A stretch of 64,000 nucleotides of DNA from a virus. Below are positions 27,344 to 37,117 of the stretch, piece by piece. The stretch covers positions 1-64,000 of the IMG/VR virus record IMGVR_UViG_3300007609_001486, one strand, 5' to 3'. Each line of letters starts with the position of its first letter. Within the stretch, counting starts at the first letter, position 1. Both the position numbers and the translations under genes were made by a program. The notes under the pieces are model-generated. The model made no database searches, was not told the DNA's origin, and saw only the letters and a program-made list of their open reading frames with translations.

Positions 27344-28864
27344 ATGGCTTACCAAATTGACAGATTCGACAATTCTTTGCTTACCACAGTTGAGGATGGA
27401 ACGCTTGATCAAACAACCAATTTAAAATTTATTGGAAAAAATTATGCCGGTTATGGCGAAATACAAAACGAAAATTTTCTTTTCCTTTTAGAAAATTTTG
27501 CAGGCGGAAATGCACCTACTAGAGCAATCCGTGGACAGCTTTGGTTCGACACAGCAGAAACAAAATTGAAATATTTTGTTGCAAGCGATGGAGCCGATCC
27601 TGGTGTAGGATATTGGAAAAGCACAGGTGGATCCAGCGTATCAGCTTCCCAACCAACAGGACTTACAGAAGGCGATTTTTGGTGGGACAGCATCAATGGA
27701 CAGTTATATGTCCGCAACGCTGACGGCAATTTTGTGCTTATCGGTCCACAATTGGCAGGCAGTGGCGTAACCAGTATGGTAAGTGATGAAGTGCAGGACA
27801 GTTCAGGTGTTTTGAGAAGCATAATCAAAGCGGTTGTAAATGATGATGTAATTTATATTATAAGCCCTACGGAGTTCTCACTCAACGAATTAACTCCGAT
27901 AGAAGGGTATGATAGGATTAAAAAAGGACTTACATTAAAGTGGACCAAAGTCTTAGATAATGGCGTTACAAACAGCGTAGGCGATAATACTAAAAATTAC
28001 GAATTCCACGGCACTGCCTCTAATGCGCAGAAACTAGGCGGAGTAGCATTTGACCAGTTTGTCCTCAAGAGTAATCTTAACTTTTCAGGGTTGGTTGCTT
28101 TTGACGATGCAGGCTTAACCGTAGGTAATAATGTAATAAGAATTTACACCGAAGACACTGATAAAGGTGTAATTGGAAATCAAATCAGTGCATCTAACAG
28201 TGAAATTAGAATCAAAACCACAGACGGCTCTGGAACTGCAACACATACATGGACTTTCGATATCACCGGGTTCAAACCAAAGCAAGACAATGCATTTGAC
28301 ATTGGCGGAGCAAACAATCGAGTCAAGGAAATCTATGCCGAACGTCTCAGAGGAGAAGCAGACGAATCCCGCACATTAAGAACTGACGGTGCATCTACCA
28401 CACACGTTTCGGCTGATGTAGCGGCTACTCCTGAAAAAATTGCAACCAGAGACAGTAACGGTAATATCAACGCAAATCTTTTCCAAGGCACTGCAACGCA
28501 AGCTAGATTTGCTGACTTGGCAGAAAAATATACCACAGGCGAAGAGCTATCAGTAGGCACAGCGGTTGCAGTTTGTGCACACGGTGATCACGAAGTTCAT
28601 CCAGCAAAGGCAAGCGATATATGCGTTGGCGTAATTTCACACAAGCCTGCATATTTGATGAACGCAGAAGCAGAAGGGCAAGCAGTAGGATTGAAAGGCA
28701 GGGTTCCTGTTAGGGTAACAGGACCAGTGTCAAAAGGCATGGCTGTGTATGCATACGATAATGGCGTATGTTCAACGATTGCCAGTGCTGCACTGGTAGG
28801 TATAGCATTGGAAACAAATCAAGACGAGGGCGAAAAACTAGTAGAGTGTATACTTAAAGTATAA
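27344..28864 (+). CDS. Tail fibre/spike with C-terminal peptidase-G2-like intramolecular chaperone (autocleavage) domain
   Basis: Shares the fibre N-terminus. C-terminal ADLAEKY...GVIS.KPAYLMN...VGLKGRVPVRV.G.V.KG...VGIALE. Confidence 0.75.
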   Translation: MAYQIDRFDNSLLTTVEDGTLDQTTNLKFIGKNYAGYGEIQNENFLFLLENFAGGNAPTRAIRGQLWFDTAETKLKYFVASDGADPGVGYWKSTGGSSVSASQPTGLTEGDFWWDSINGQLYVRNADGNFVLIGPQLAGSGVTSMVSDEVQDSSGVLRSIIKAVVNDDVIYIISPTEFSLNELTPIEGYDRIKKGLTLKWTKVLDNGVTNSVGDNTKNYEFHGTASNAQKLGGVAFDQFVLKSNLNFSGLVAFDDAGLTVGNNVIRIYTEDTDKGVIGNQISASNSEIRIKTTDGSGTATHTWTFDITGFKPKQDNAFDIGGANNRVKEIYAERLRGEADESRTLRTDGASTTHVSADVAATPEKIATRDSNGNINANLFQGTATQARFADLAEKYTTGEELSVGTAVAVCAHGDHEVHPAKASDICVGVISHKPAYLMNAEAEGQAVGLKGRVPVRVTGPVSKGMAVYAYDNGVCSTIASAALVGIALETNQDEGEKLVECILKV

Positions 28865-28874
28865 GGAATAGGTT

Positions 28875-29969
28875 ATGGCCGTCGGCGATTTAGTTACAGC
28901 ATCAAGATTTAATAGTTTACAGAACAGAATATCCAGCATTTTAGGATTCGGAGCAGGCAACACTGGTTACGGACAAGGACTGTCTGGCTACGGGAGCAGT
29001 GTGTCAAGTTTGGAGGTTTCGAATGACGATCAACAAACAAATAATCAGATCTTAACTGACAATGCCAACAGTCTATATATTGATCTTATTAGGGCAAGAA
29101 TTCATCAGATAGGCCCAAATGACGCAGAAATACAAACCATTGTTGATAGTTTGTTAACTGATGACAGACCTATCCTATTCCAGAAAGATAAAAATATCGT
29201 AGCAGAAGAAACATCTACATTTGTAGAGATTCCAGAACAAGGTGATCCTGATCAAAGCTACGAAAGAGAAGACCCTCTAGGGGCATTCAAAGGTTTTGCA
29301 GATTTCGAAAGGCTAATGGACGGAATTGAGCAGGATAAATTTCTAATGGACCCTACTCAAGGACAGTACGAACAAGGTTTACAAGACTCATTTTCAAACT
29401 CATGGAATAACCTCAGAACACACGAAATAAAAGTTACGTTTCGAAGTCCAGACCATCGTCGACATTTTTTTAATGCAGGCGGCGAAATCAGATTAGAATT
29501 TGATTTGACACCGTCAGGGTCCGACGCCAAATCGTTGGAATGGCAAAATCTTTTAAGCACAGCAGGGGTTGTTATTTTTAATTACAATTCCACAACAAGA
29601 AAACAGTCTAACGACCCTAACGCATATCAAGGTGCTGTATCCCCAACCGAAACCTCTATCGGAAATTCACAACTTGTTAGTTCCTATCAAGTGATTTACC
29701 AGAAGACCAGTAACTCTTTTGTAGCCGCCGGAATATATTCACAAAATCTTGTTAAGGTTCGTGCAAAAGAATTAAGCCCAACAGAAATTCAATTTGAAGT
29801 TAGATTTGAAGACCTTTCACAAGACCCTGTTATAGATAATACTGTAAATGGCACACTTACCAGTACTATAGGCCACTTCAGAGCTAAAGGAAGCTTCACT
29901 GAAGCTAATGAGGCATATCTTAACATAGAAGTTCCTGCTCCAGTATACGAAACTGTTTCAAGTTTATAA
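28875..29969 (+). CDS. Virion structural protein (paralog of 30030..31001)
   Basis: Shares FN.LQ.RI..ILG.....GYGQ, DL.RARIHQ.G and RRHFFNAGGEIR with the next gene; lies in the tail operon. Confidence 0.6.
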   Translation: MAVGDLVTASRFNSLQNRISSILGFGAGNTGYGQGLSGYGSSVSSLEVSNDDQQTNNQILTDNANSLYIDLIRARIHQIGPNDAEIQTIVDSLLTDDRPILFQKDKNIVAEETSTFVEIPEQGDPDQSYEREDPLGAFKGFADFERLMDGIEQDKFLMDPTQGQYEQGLQDSFSNSWNNLRTHEIKVTFRSPDHRRHFFNAGGEIRLEFDLTPSGSDAKSLEWQNLLSTAGVVIFNYNSTTRKQSNDPNAYQGAVSPTETSIGNSQLVSSYQVIYQKTSNSFVAAGIYSQNLVKVRAKELSPTEIQFEVRFEDLSQDPVIDNTVNGTLTSTIGHFRAKGSFTEANEAYLNIEVPAPVYETVSSL

Positions 29970-30541
29970 ATTCAAAACGGTGTTCCAGATAATTAATTTT
30001 GTATTAAATAAGCATAACAAGGATTTTCTATGAGCCAAACCCTAATCACTGTAGCGAAGTTTAACGAATTGCAAGAAAGAATTACAGCTATTTTGGGCAC
30101 TTCGACAACAGGAGCTCCGCAGTCTGGATATGGTCAGACATTGGAAAGCAGTGTGCATTATCCCGTAGAAGCTACAGTTGATTTAATAACAGCTCAGCAG
30201 TATGAAGATATCTATATTGATTTAGTCCGGGCAAGAATTCATCAGGTAGGTGCATCTGCTTTTTCAGTAGATCCTTTTGTGATTGGAAGCGGTGCAGCTG
30301 GAACCGGAGCAGACAAAGCAGAGCTTGCTTACATAACAGATTTAGAAACTCTAATGACTACGATAGAACAGAATAAGTTTGATATAGATTCTACACAAAT
30401 TAGTTTGGAGTTATTTGATCCAGGAAGCACAGGGTATACAGATCAGAGAACATCAAGTTGGCGTAATCGAATACAACATATATTTCGAATACAATTTGCA
30501 TCAGTAACAGACAGGCGACATTTTTTTAATGCAGGCGGCGA
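29460..30541 (+). repeat. 26-bp exact direct repeat shared by the two paralogous structural genes (29460-29485 and 30516-30541)
   Basis: cgacatttttttaatgcaggcggcga occurs in both genes. A second 17-bp identity, gggcaagaattcatcag, is at 29092-29108 and 30229-30245. Confidence 0.85.
30005..30010 (+). promoter_or_regulatory. T4-late-type promoter box TAAATA
   Basis: Intergenic, followed by AAGGA SD and ATG 30030. Confidence 0.5.
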
Positions 30542-31001
30542 GATTAGATTCGAATCAGATTTGGTGTCTGCATCTGGAAATAAGGCATTAGACTGGGCCG
30601 ACTTATTGGACTCAATGGGAGTAATCAGTTTCGATCATACTGCAACTTCATCATCTGGTGCAGGCACAGGATCTACCATAGGAAATTATGATCTAACTGC
30701 AAGCAATCAATTGCTGTTCAGAAAAAACAGCAATGCTATTAATAGCAGCGGAGCTTATTCTTCGAACTTTTTTGAATTATATGGTAGAAACATAAATGAT
30801 TCAACAATAGAATTCTTAATGGATTTTAGAGATGCCGCAGGTGATAATGTTATTGACGACTTTGCTAGCGGAACTGTTAGAACCTTCATAAGATCAGCAA
30901 CGCCATTCGGCACTGCTTCTATAAATGGAACTACATACGACACAGTGAAGCTATCTGATCCTGTTTACTCAATAGTTACTAGTTTAACATCCGGTAATTG
31001 A
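30030..31001 (+). CDS. Virion structural protein (paralog of 28875..29969)
   Basis: Same motifs as the preceding gene; last gene of the structural module. Confidence 0.6.
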   Translation: MSQTLITVAKFNELQERITAILGTSTTGAPQSGYGQTLESSVHYPVEATVDLITAQQYEDIYIDLVRARIHQVGASAFSVDPFVIGSGAAGTGADKAELAYITDLETLMTTIEQNKFDIDSTQISLELFDPGSTGYTDQRTSSWRNRIQHIFRIQFASVTDRRHFFNAGGEIRFESDLVSASGNKALDWADLLDSMGVISFDHTATSSSGAGTGSTIGNYDLTASNQLLFRKNSNAINSSGAYSSNFFELYGRNINDSTIEFLMDFRDAAGDNVIDDFASGTVRTFIRSATPFGTASINGTTYDTVKLSDPVYSIVTSLTSGN

Positions 31002-31026
31002 CAACTGTAGATAATCCTGTTATACT
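30998..31026 (+). promoter_or_regulatory. Near-consensus sigma70 promoter with extended -10
   Basis: TTGACA (30998-31003), 17-bp spacer ending in TGT, TATACT (31021-31026); AGGAGG SD at 31036-31041. Confidence 0.8.
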
Positions 31027-31046
31027 ATTTAGGATAGGAGGACTAT

Positions 31047-31397
31047 ATGGACCAACGACTTTCAAAAGCTCTCGAGTTTGCAAACTATTCTCTCACATTA
31101 AGCAATCAGAAAAGAATTCTGCAGGAAAAGTTCTTTGAAGACTGTTTGTATTTCGCACAAGGCAGACAGTTTACAGTTACACCAGTATTAATAAATTTTG
31201 TTTCTTTATTATCCAAAGAATCCAGAGATAACAGTGCAATTATAATTGACGATAACAATACTCCTGTAATAATTTCTGATCTAGAATCCTTTTTGAGTGA
31301 TATTCTTGAATGTTATAGCACAGCCTCTCAAGAATATCACGATAAGTATCTAGAATTATCTAAAAAAAGAAGTGTTGAGAGCTTGATAGATGAATAA
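31047..31397 (+). CDS. Hypothetical protein (116 aa)
   Basis: Strong SD; first gene after the sigma70 promoter; overlaps the next gene. Confidence 0.7.
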   Translation: MDQRLSKALEFANYSLTLSNQKRILQEKFFEDCLYFAQGRQFTVTPVLINFVSLLSKESRDNSAIIIDDNNTPVIISDLESFLSDILECYSTASQEYHDKYLELSKKRSVESLIDE

Positions 31398-32229
31398 TGG
31401 CGCAATACTAGTAGCTAATAATAATGGCCAGATTGACTATGTAAAACAGGCTGTTTTTCTGTCTACTAGAATTAAGAAATATCTAGATTTACCAACTACC
31501 GTTATTACGGATTCTCCCGAATATTTAAAAAATAAATTTGATGTGAGCAATATTGATCAAATTTTAGAGATTCCCTATGTAAACACTGACAACAAAAGAT
31601 TCTATTTTGATGGATCTACTAAACATAAAACACTAATGTTCAAAAACCAATCTAGAACATTGGCGTACTTCATGTCGCCTTATGATAAAACAATAGTGTT
31701 AGACACTGATTTTATTGTATCAAACAGTTTGTTGAAAAATTGCTTCGACAGCCCGAACGATTTAATGATGTATAAAGAAGCCCATGATTTGGCTAATGTA
31801 AGAGATATGCACGAATTTTCGTATGTAAGTGATAAAGGAATAGAATTCTACTGGGCTACAGTAATATATTTTCAAAAAAATAAGAAAAATGATATATTCT
31901 TTGATTTGGTATCCTATATAGAAGATAATTGGCAGCATTATCGGAAAGTATATCAAATCAGTAACTCTATGTTTAGAAACGACTTTGCCTTTAGTATTGC
32001 AATTAATATAATGCAAAATTTTTATCCGGATCAAAGCATAGTAACAAAACTTCCTGGTAAACACTTTTTTACAATAGACAAGGACATCTTATATAAGATT
32101 CATGACGATTATATGATGTTTTTGGTTGAGAAAAAAGATATTATCGGCGAGTACACTCCTATTTCTACAAAGGGTTTAAATGTACATGTTATGAATAAAT
32201 TTAGTTTGGAAAGGTGCATTAATGAGTAG
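31390..32229 (+). CDS. GT-A fold glycosyltransferase-like (nucleotide-diphospho-sugar transferase)
   Basis: SPYDKTIVLDTD (DxD after a hydrophobic strand), WATVIYF, RND.AFSIA, HVMNK. Confidence 0.7.
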   Translation: MNNGAILVANNNGQIDYVKQAVFLSTRIKKYLDLPTTVITDSPEYLKNKFDVSNIDQILEIPYVNTDNKRFYFDGSTKHKTLMFKNQSRTLAYFMSPYDKTIVLDTDFIVSNSLLKNCFDSPNDLMMYKEAHDLANVRDMHEFSYVSDKGIEFYWATVIYFQKNKKNDIFFDLVSYIEDNWQHYRKVYQISNSMFRNDFAFSIAINIMQNFYPDQSIVTKLPGKHFFTIDKDILYKIHDDYMMFLVEKKDIIGEYTPISTKGLNVHVMNKFSLERCINE

Positions 32230-33061
32230 AGGATTTCTTGTGTTGGCGCAAGATGAAAATACATCGGAAGATAAAAAATTAAGTTATATATCTCAGGCCT
32301 GTCTTCTTGCAAAAACTTTAAAAAAACATAATGCGGAAGAAAAAATTTCTGTGGTTACAAATAACAAGATCCAGACTAAGGATTTGAAATACTTTGATAA
32401 AGTTATTTCAATTCCGGGTAACGACGATGCAACAAGTACACAATGGAAAATAGAAAATAGGCATAAACTTTATCAGTGCACTCCTTACGATAACACAATT
32501 GTAATGGACGTTGACATGGTTGTACTTGAGGATATAAGTAGATGGTGGACCTATTTAGAAAAATATGATTTATTTTTTACATCAAATGTAAAAACATATA
32601 GACAAGAACTTGTAACGGAGGATTCTTATAGAAAGGTTTTTACTGCAAATAATCTTCCTAATATTTACACAGGATTACATTACTTTAAAAAATCTAAAAC
32701 CGCAGAAGAGTTTTATAATATGTTAGAACTAATTTGCAATAATTGGAAAGTTTTTTTTGCAGAGTGTTTGCCAAAAAATACGCCACCTGTGTTGAGTATC
32801 GATGTTGCTGCCAGTTTAGCAATAAAAATTTTAGGGATAGAATCACAAGTTCTCACCCCCAAATCCAGCGTCACCTTTACGCATATGAAATCATTGATAC
32901 AAAATTGGAAAACTTATTCAGGAAGCTGGCAAGATAATGTATCTCCATACATAGGACGTAACGGTGATTTAAAAATTGGCAACAGTTTACAAAAAGGTGT
33001 TTTACACTACACAGAAGAAACTTTCCTAGACTGTCCGGGGATAGAAAATTTACATGAATAA
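32222..33061 (+). CDS. GT-A fold glycosyltransferase-like
   Basis: TPYDNTIVMDVD (DxD), LPNIYTGLHYF, FTHMK. Paralogous to the preceding gene. Confidence 0.7.
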   Translation: MSRGFLVLAQDENTSEDKKLSYISQACLLAKTLKKHNAEEKISVVTNNKIQTKDLKYFDKVISIPGNDDATSTQWKIENRHKLYQCTPYDNTIVMDVDMVVLEDISRWWTYLEKYDLFFTSNVKTYRQELVTEDSYRKVFTANNLPNIYTGLHYFKKSKTAEEFYNMLELICNNWKVFFAECLPKNTPPVLSIDVAASLAIKILGIESQVLTPKSSVTFTHMKSLIQNWKTYSGSWQDNVSPYIGRNGDLKIGNSLQKGVLHYTEETFLDCPGIENLHE

Positions 33062-33701
33062 TTTAACAAGTGTTTTTGAAAAAATTAATAAATCGTTGAA
33101 GCAAGAAGTTACTAACTTCGTTTATTACGATAAACAAGGAGATATCAAAAGAATATCTAATACTTTTGAAAAGGATTCTGTTCTGAAATGCATAGAAGTC
33201 CCTCATAATTTAGTAAAAAATTTAATAATTGGAAAACATAAGTTTAGTGAGTATATGGTCTCATATGATAATTCTACAAAATTATTTTCGGTTGTTAATA
33301 AAAAAATAAAATTTCAGTCTTGTCAACTGATATATCAAATTCCTAAATTACAGTTAGACGGCACGGCTTGTAGTATTAATCAGCTCAGAGACAACAACGA
33401 CATGGTAGTAATTCAAAATCTTAAAAACAATGTATGGCAAATTTACATTTCAAAAATCATACTGGCAAATATAAAAAAATATTATAACACTGATTTAAAA
33501 AAACTTATACATATTAGCATTACTGAAGAAAATGATCCTCATATATTTCTAAATTATGTTGATTTACCTACTAATGGTTTTCTAGGCAACGGCCCTATCG
33601 AAATTCCTTTTACAACGTTATTAGAACAAGAAAATAATGGAGTAAGTTTATTTGTTGAGAAATATTTTGATTCATATATCCACGGAGTCCTAAATGACTA
33701 A
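33054..33701 (+). CDS. Hypothetical protein (215 aa)
   Basis: Overlaps both neighbours in the operon; no motif recognised. Confidence 0.6.
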   Translation: MNNLTSVFEKINKSLKQEVTNFVYYDKQGDIKRISNTFEKDSVLKCIEVPHNLVKNLIIGKHKFSEYMVSYDNSTKLFSVVNKKIKFQSCQLIYQIPKLQLDGTACSINQLRDNNDMVVIQNLKNNVWQIYISKIILANIKKYYNTDLKKLIHISITEENDPHIFLNYVDLPTNGFLGNGPIEIPFTTLLEQENNGVSLFVEKYFDSYIHGVLND

Positions 33702-35337
33702 TAAAAAATTTAAAGTAATAGATTATGATATTGTTTATCTCAGTTATGACGAACCAAATGCTGAAAAAAATTATGCCGATTTGTTAACGAAAGTACCTTG
33801 GGCTAAACGTGTACACGGTGTAGAAGGTTCTGATGCAGCACATAAAGAGTGCGCTCGTGTATCAGAGACTGAGAGATTTATCACTATTGACGGGGATAAT
33901 ATCATAAATCCTGAATTTTTGAATCAGGAAATAGACTTTGGGGATAAACAAGGTTTAGAAAACAGTGTTATTAGTTGGGTAGGAAAAAACCAAATTAATG
34001 GACTGATGTATGGCAACGGCGGAATAAAATGCTGGCCAAAAGACTTAGTACTAAATATGCGGACGCATGAACACGCGGATCCTAATAATCCGCATGCACA
34101 AGTAGATTTCTGTTGGGATATTGAATATATTCAGATGAATACTTGTTTTTCTGAGGTGCATAATAATGCAACCCCGCAACAAGCATGGCGAGCAGGTTTT
34201 AGAGAAGGTGTTAAGATGGCCTTAGTTGAAGGAGTAAGGCCCTCGAAAGACGAGTTCTTAAATGGACATTGGAAAAATCTTAACAGACTATGGATTTGGT
34301 TAATGGTAGGCGCTGATGTAAAAAATGGTATGTGGGCGATTTATGGAGCACGTCATGGGCTATATAAAACCATGTGTACAGATTGGGATTATGTAAATGT
34401 AAGAGACTTTGAATACCTTAATAGTTTATGGCGCGAAATAGAAACCGAATTTGACAGTGCTTCTGGAGTTTACGAAGATACTATTGCATATGGAAATATG
34501 TTGCAACAAGAGTTAGATATTCCTATTGCAAGTGAACCTCTGAATCCAGAACAAAGTATTTTCTTTAAAACTGTGTATCAGAATCCAGTCAGGACGCATG
34601 GGCAGTTTATAAAAGAAAGTAAGTCTAATGCAACAGCTACAGAAGAATATGATATTGTAATGATTACATATGGCGAGCCTAATGCAGATGAAAATTACGA
34701 AAATCTAAAATTAAGGTTCCCCCGTGCAAAACGTGTTGATAATGTCGAAGGAATACACAATGCACACAAAAAAGCTGCTACCATTTGTAATACAGATATG
34801 TTTTGGGTAGTAGACGGCGATGCTAAAATAAAAGAAGATTTTAATTTTGAGTATAACGTACCAGAATCTGATAAAAACACTGTACATGTCTGGCGTTGTG
34901 AGAATCCTGTAAATGGATTAATTTACGGATATGGAGGTATTAAGTTATTACCTAGACATCTTACAGAAAACATGGATACAAGCAAGCCCGATATGACCAC
35001 TAGTATTAGTAGGCATTTTAAAGTCGTTAATGAACTATCTAACATTACCAGTTTTAACACAGATGAATTTAATGCATGGCGAAGTGGATTCAGAGAGTGC
35101 TGTAAGTTAGCTTCTAAGGTAATCGATAGGCAAAAGACAGACGAAACAGAAGAACGGCTCAATATCTGGTGTACAGTAGGTGCAGATAAACCGTTTGGTA
35201 ATTTTGCTATTGCTGGCGCAATTGCTGGAAGAAAATATGGCCAAGAGCACACTGGTAATATAGACGCACTTAAAAAAATAAATGATTTTGATTGGTTGAG
35301 AAGACACTATGACGAATACTACAGAAACAACGCTTAA
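33694..35337 (+). CDS. Tandem two-domain glycosyltransferase-like protein
   Basis: Two homologous halves, each with YDIV..xY.EPNA..NY, RV..VEG...AHK, DGD, NGL.YG.GGIK and AWR.GFRE. Confidence 0.65.
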   Translation: MTNKKFKVIDYDIVYLSYDEPNAEKNYADLLTKVPWAKRVHGVEGSDAAHKECARVSETERFITIDGDNIINPEFLNQEIDFGDKQGLENSVISWVGKNQINGLMYGNGGIKCWPKDLVLNMRTHEHADPNNPHAQVDFCWDIEYIQMNTCFSEVHNNATPQQAWRAGFREGVKMALVEGVRPSKDEFLNGHWKNLNRLWIWLMVGADVKNGMWAIYGARHGLYKTMCTDWDYVNVRDFEYLNSLWREIETEFDSASGVYEDTIAYGNMLQQELDIPIASEPLNPEQSIFFKTVYQNPVRTHGQFIKESKSNATATEEYDIVMITYGEPNADENYENLKLRFPRAKRVDNVEGIHNAHKKAATICNTDMFWVVDGDAKIKEDFNFEYNVPESDKNTVHVWRCENPVNGLIYGYGGIKLLPRHLTENMDTSKPDMTTSISRHFKVVNELSNITSFNTDEFNAWRSGFRECCKLASKVIDRQKTDETEERLNIWCTVGADKPFGNFAIAGAIAGRKYGQEHTGNIDALKKINDFDWLRRHYDEYYRNNA

Positions 35338-36163
35338 TTGGGTCAGAGGCCTTTCTTCATATTTTGAATATGAAGGTGATCAAGAAGCTTACAAATTTAT
35401 GCAGTTTTTAGAAAAAGCAATGTATTCAGATAATCCTGTTATTGATACTACAAACCCTAGTGGAATGATTGAGTTTATTAGCATTTTGCGAAAGTTTGCT
35501 CCTAACAAAATTTTTGATATTTTTCACAAATATTATAGGCTAGACAACGATCCGGTTGCTTTACAAGATGCTTTCAGCAGGGGACAAGTCCTAAGTAAAA
35601 TTTGGATAATACAAGAACTAAAAAAAATAAAGGAAGGCAATTTAGGAAATATTTTAGTTTTAGCAGGATGGTTTGGCCAATTTATTTCTTATATCGATAA
35701 CTTTGACTTCGATGATGCAAGAATAATCGAATTAGATAAATCTGCATGTATAGCAAGTGATAGAATATTTAACTTAGACCATATTGAAGGTCATAAAGTC
35801 AAATCTGTTTTAGCTAATATAAATAATCTTGAATTGAATAAGAACGGTTATAATTTAAATGTAAAAACATACCATTCCGATAACGACGAAGGTTATACAC
35901 AACAATTTTTACCTAATCTTATAGTTAACACTAGTTCAGAACATATGTCAGAAGAATGGTTTTTTCAGCTTAAATTTAAAGAGTTAAATTCTGATCCACT
36001 GGTAATAATACAGTCTAACAATTTATTTGACATTGAAGAACACGTAAATTGTGTACACAGCATCGATCACATGAAGAAAAAATATCCCTTTGATCAAATT
36101 TTGTACGAAGGCGAATTAGAACTTTATGGATATAAAAGATTTATGTTAATAGGAAGACCATGA
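35309..36163 (+). CDS. Class I SAM-dependent methyltransferase-like
   Basis: ILVLAGWFG glycine loop, IIELD acidic motif, LIVNTSSEHM, C-terminal YKRFMLIG. Confidence 0.6.
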   Translation: MTNTTETTLNWVRGLSSYFEYEGDQEAYKFMQFLEKAMYSDNPVIDTTNPSGMIEFISILRKFAPNKIFDIFHKYYRLDNDPVALQDAFSRGQVLSKIWIIQELKKIKEGNLGNILVLAGWFGQFISYIDNFDFDDARIIELDKSACIASDRIFNLDHIEGHKVKSVLANINNLELNKNGYNLNVKTYHSDNDEGYTQQFLPNLIVNTSSEHMSEEWFFQLKFKELNSDPLVIIQSNNLFDIEEHVNCVHSIDHMKKKYPFDQILYEGELELYGYKRFMLIGRP

Positions 36164-36387
36164 AATTAGATAATCTTACACTGCGGGAACTGCAAAAAGA
36201 AAGTGCCAGGGCATTAAGCACGATGCAGGCGACAAATAATAACATTTATCAATTTAACAAAGAAGCCCATCATAATAGTCACAATTGGTACAAAGCAGTA
36301 ATAAAATGGTATGTAGCCCAATATGGAGATTTACCAAGCAATATTGGACCTGGTAAAGATATTCAATTAATAGCAGGTGAAAAATGA
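36160..36387 (+). CDS. Small hypothetical protein (75 aa)
   Basis: ATGA overlaps with the genes on both sides. Confidence 0.6.
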   Translation: MKLDNLTLRELQKESARALSTMQATNNNIYQFNKEAHHNSHNWYKAVIKWYVAQYGDLPSNIGPGKDIQLIAGEK

Positions 36388-37109
36388 ATAAAAAGACAAT
36401 TGCTGTTATAGGTTGTAGCTTTAGTCTTCATAGACACAAATATGATACAAAGGTATGGCCCCAACTCCTTGCAGAACGTGTGTCCCCGCAAATAATAGTA
36501 AAAAATTTTTCAATGTTTTGTAACAGTGTGTCTAACCAGTGTCTACAAGCATTGGAAATTGTTAAATCTAAACCAGATTTAATTATAATCCAGTGGACCA
36601 CAGATGGTCGTGTTACCTTTATAGAGGACGCAAACAAGTATAAGCATTTTTTATCCAGCAAAAAATACATGCGAGAATACTCGAAAGGATATTACGAGTA
36701 TGATAGAAATTATTTAGTTACCAAAGAGCAAAAAGCAAAAGGAAATTTTGATAATTACTGTATTCATTTCAATCCTGCAGATTTAGAATTGTATAAAAAT
36801 AAATTTATAGATACATACCAAACTATGTTACTGCACGGAGTAGGACCTTTAGGCGAATTCTCTGATAGATATTCTTATCTGCTTAAATCTTCTATTGCAC
36901 ACGAATGTAAAGAAAATGAGATAGGCTTGATAATGTTTGATTTCTTGGATAGATATCGTAATTGTCAAACACAGCACCTGGATTTCGTTGCAGAGAGAGA
37001 AATAGTTGATTTTCCTAAAAAAGTTGTAGATACAGGGTTTCATTTAGGTCAAGATGGTCATAAAGAATTATCTAAAATTATGTATCCAAAAGTTAACAAG
37101 TTTATTTAG
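36384..37109 (+). CDS. SGNH/GDSL-hydrolase-like protein (esterase/acyltransferase)
   Basis: N-terminal VIGCSFS (block I Ser), IIIQWT...R, and C-terminal DTGFHLGQDGH catalytic-His region. Confidence 0.6.
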   Translation: MNKKTIAVIGCSFSLHRHKYDTKVWPQLLAERVSPQIIVKNFSMFCNSVSNQCLQALEIVKSKPDLIIIQWTTDGRVTFIEDANKYKHFLSSKKYMREYSKGYYEYDRNYLVTKEQKAKGNFDNYCIHFNPADLELYKNKFIDTYQTMLLHGVGPLGEFSDRYSYLLKSSIAHECKENEIGLIMFDFLDRYRNCQTQHLDFVAEREIVDFPKKVVDTGFHLGQDGHKELSKIMYPKVNKFI

Positions 37110-37117
37110 GTTCTATA

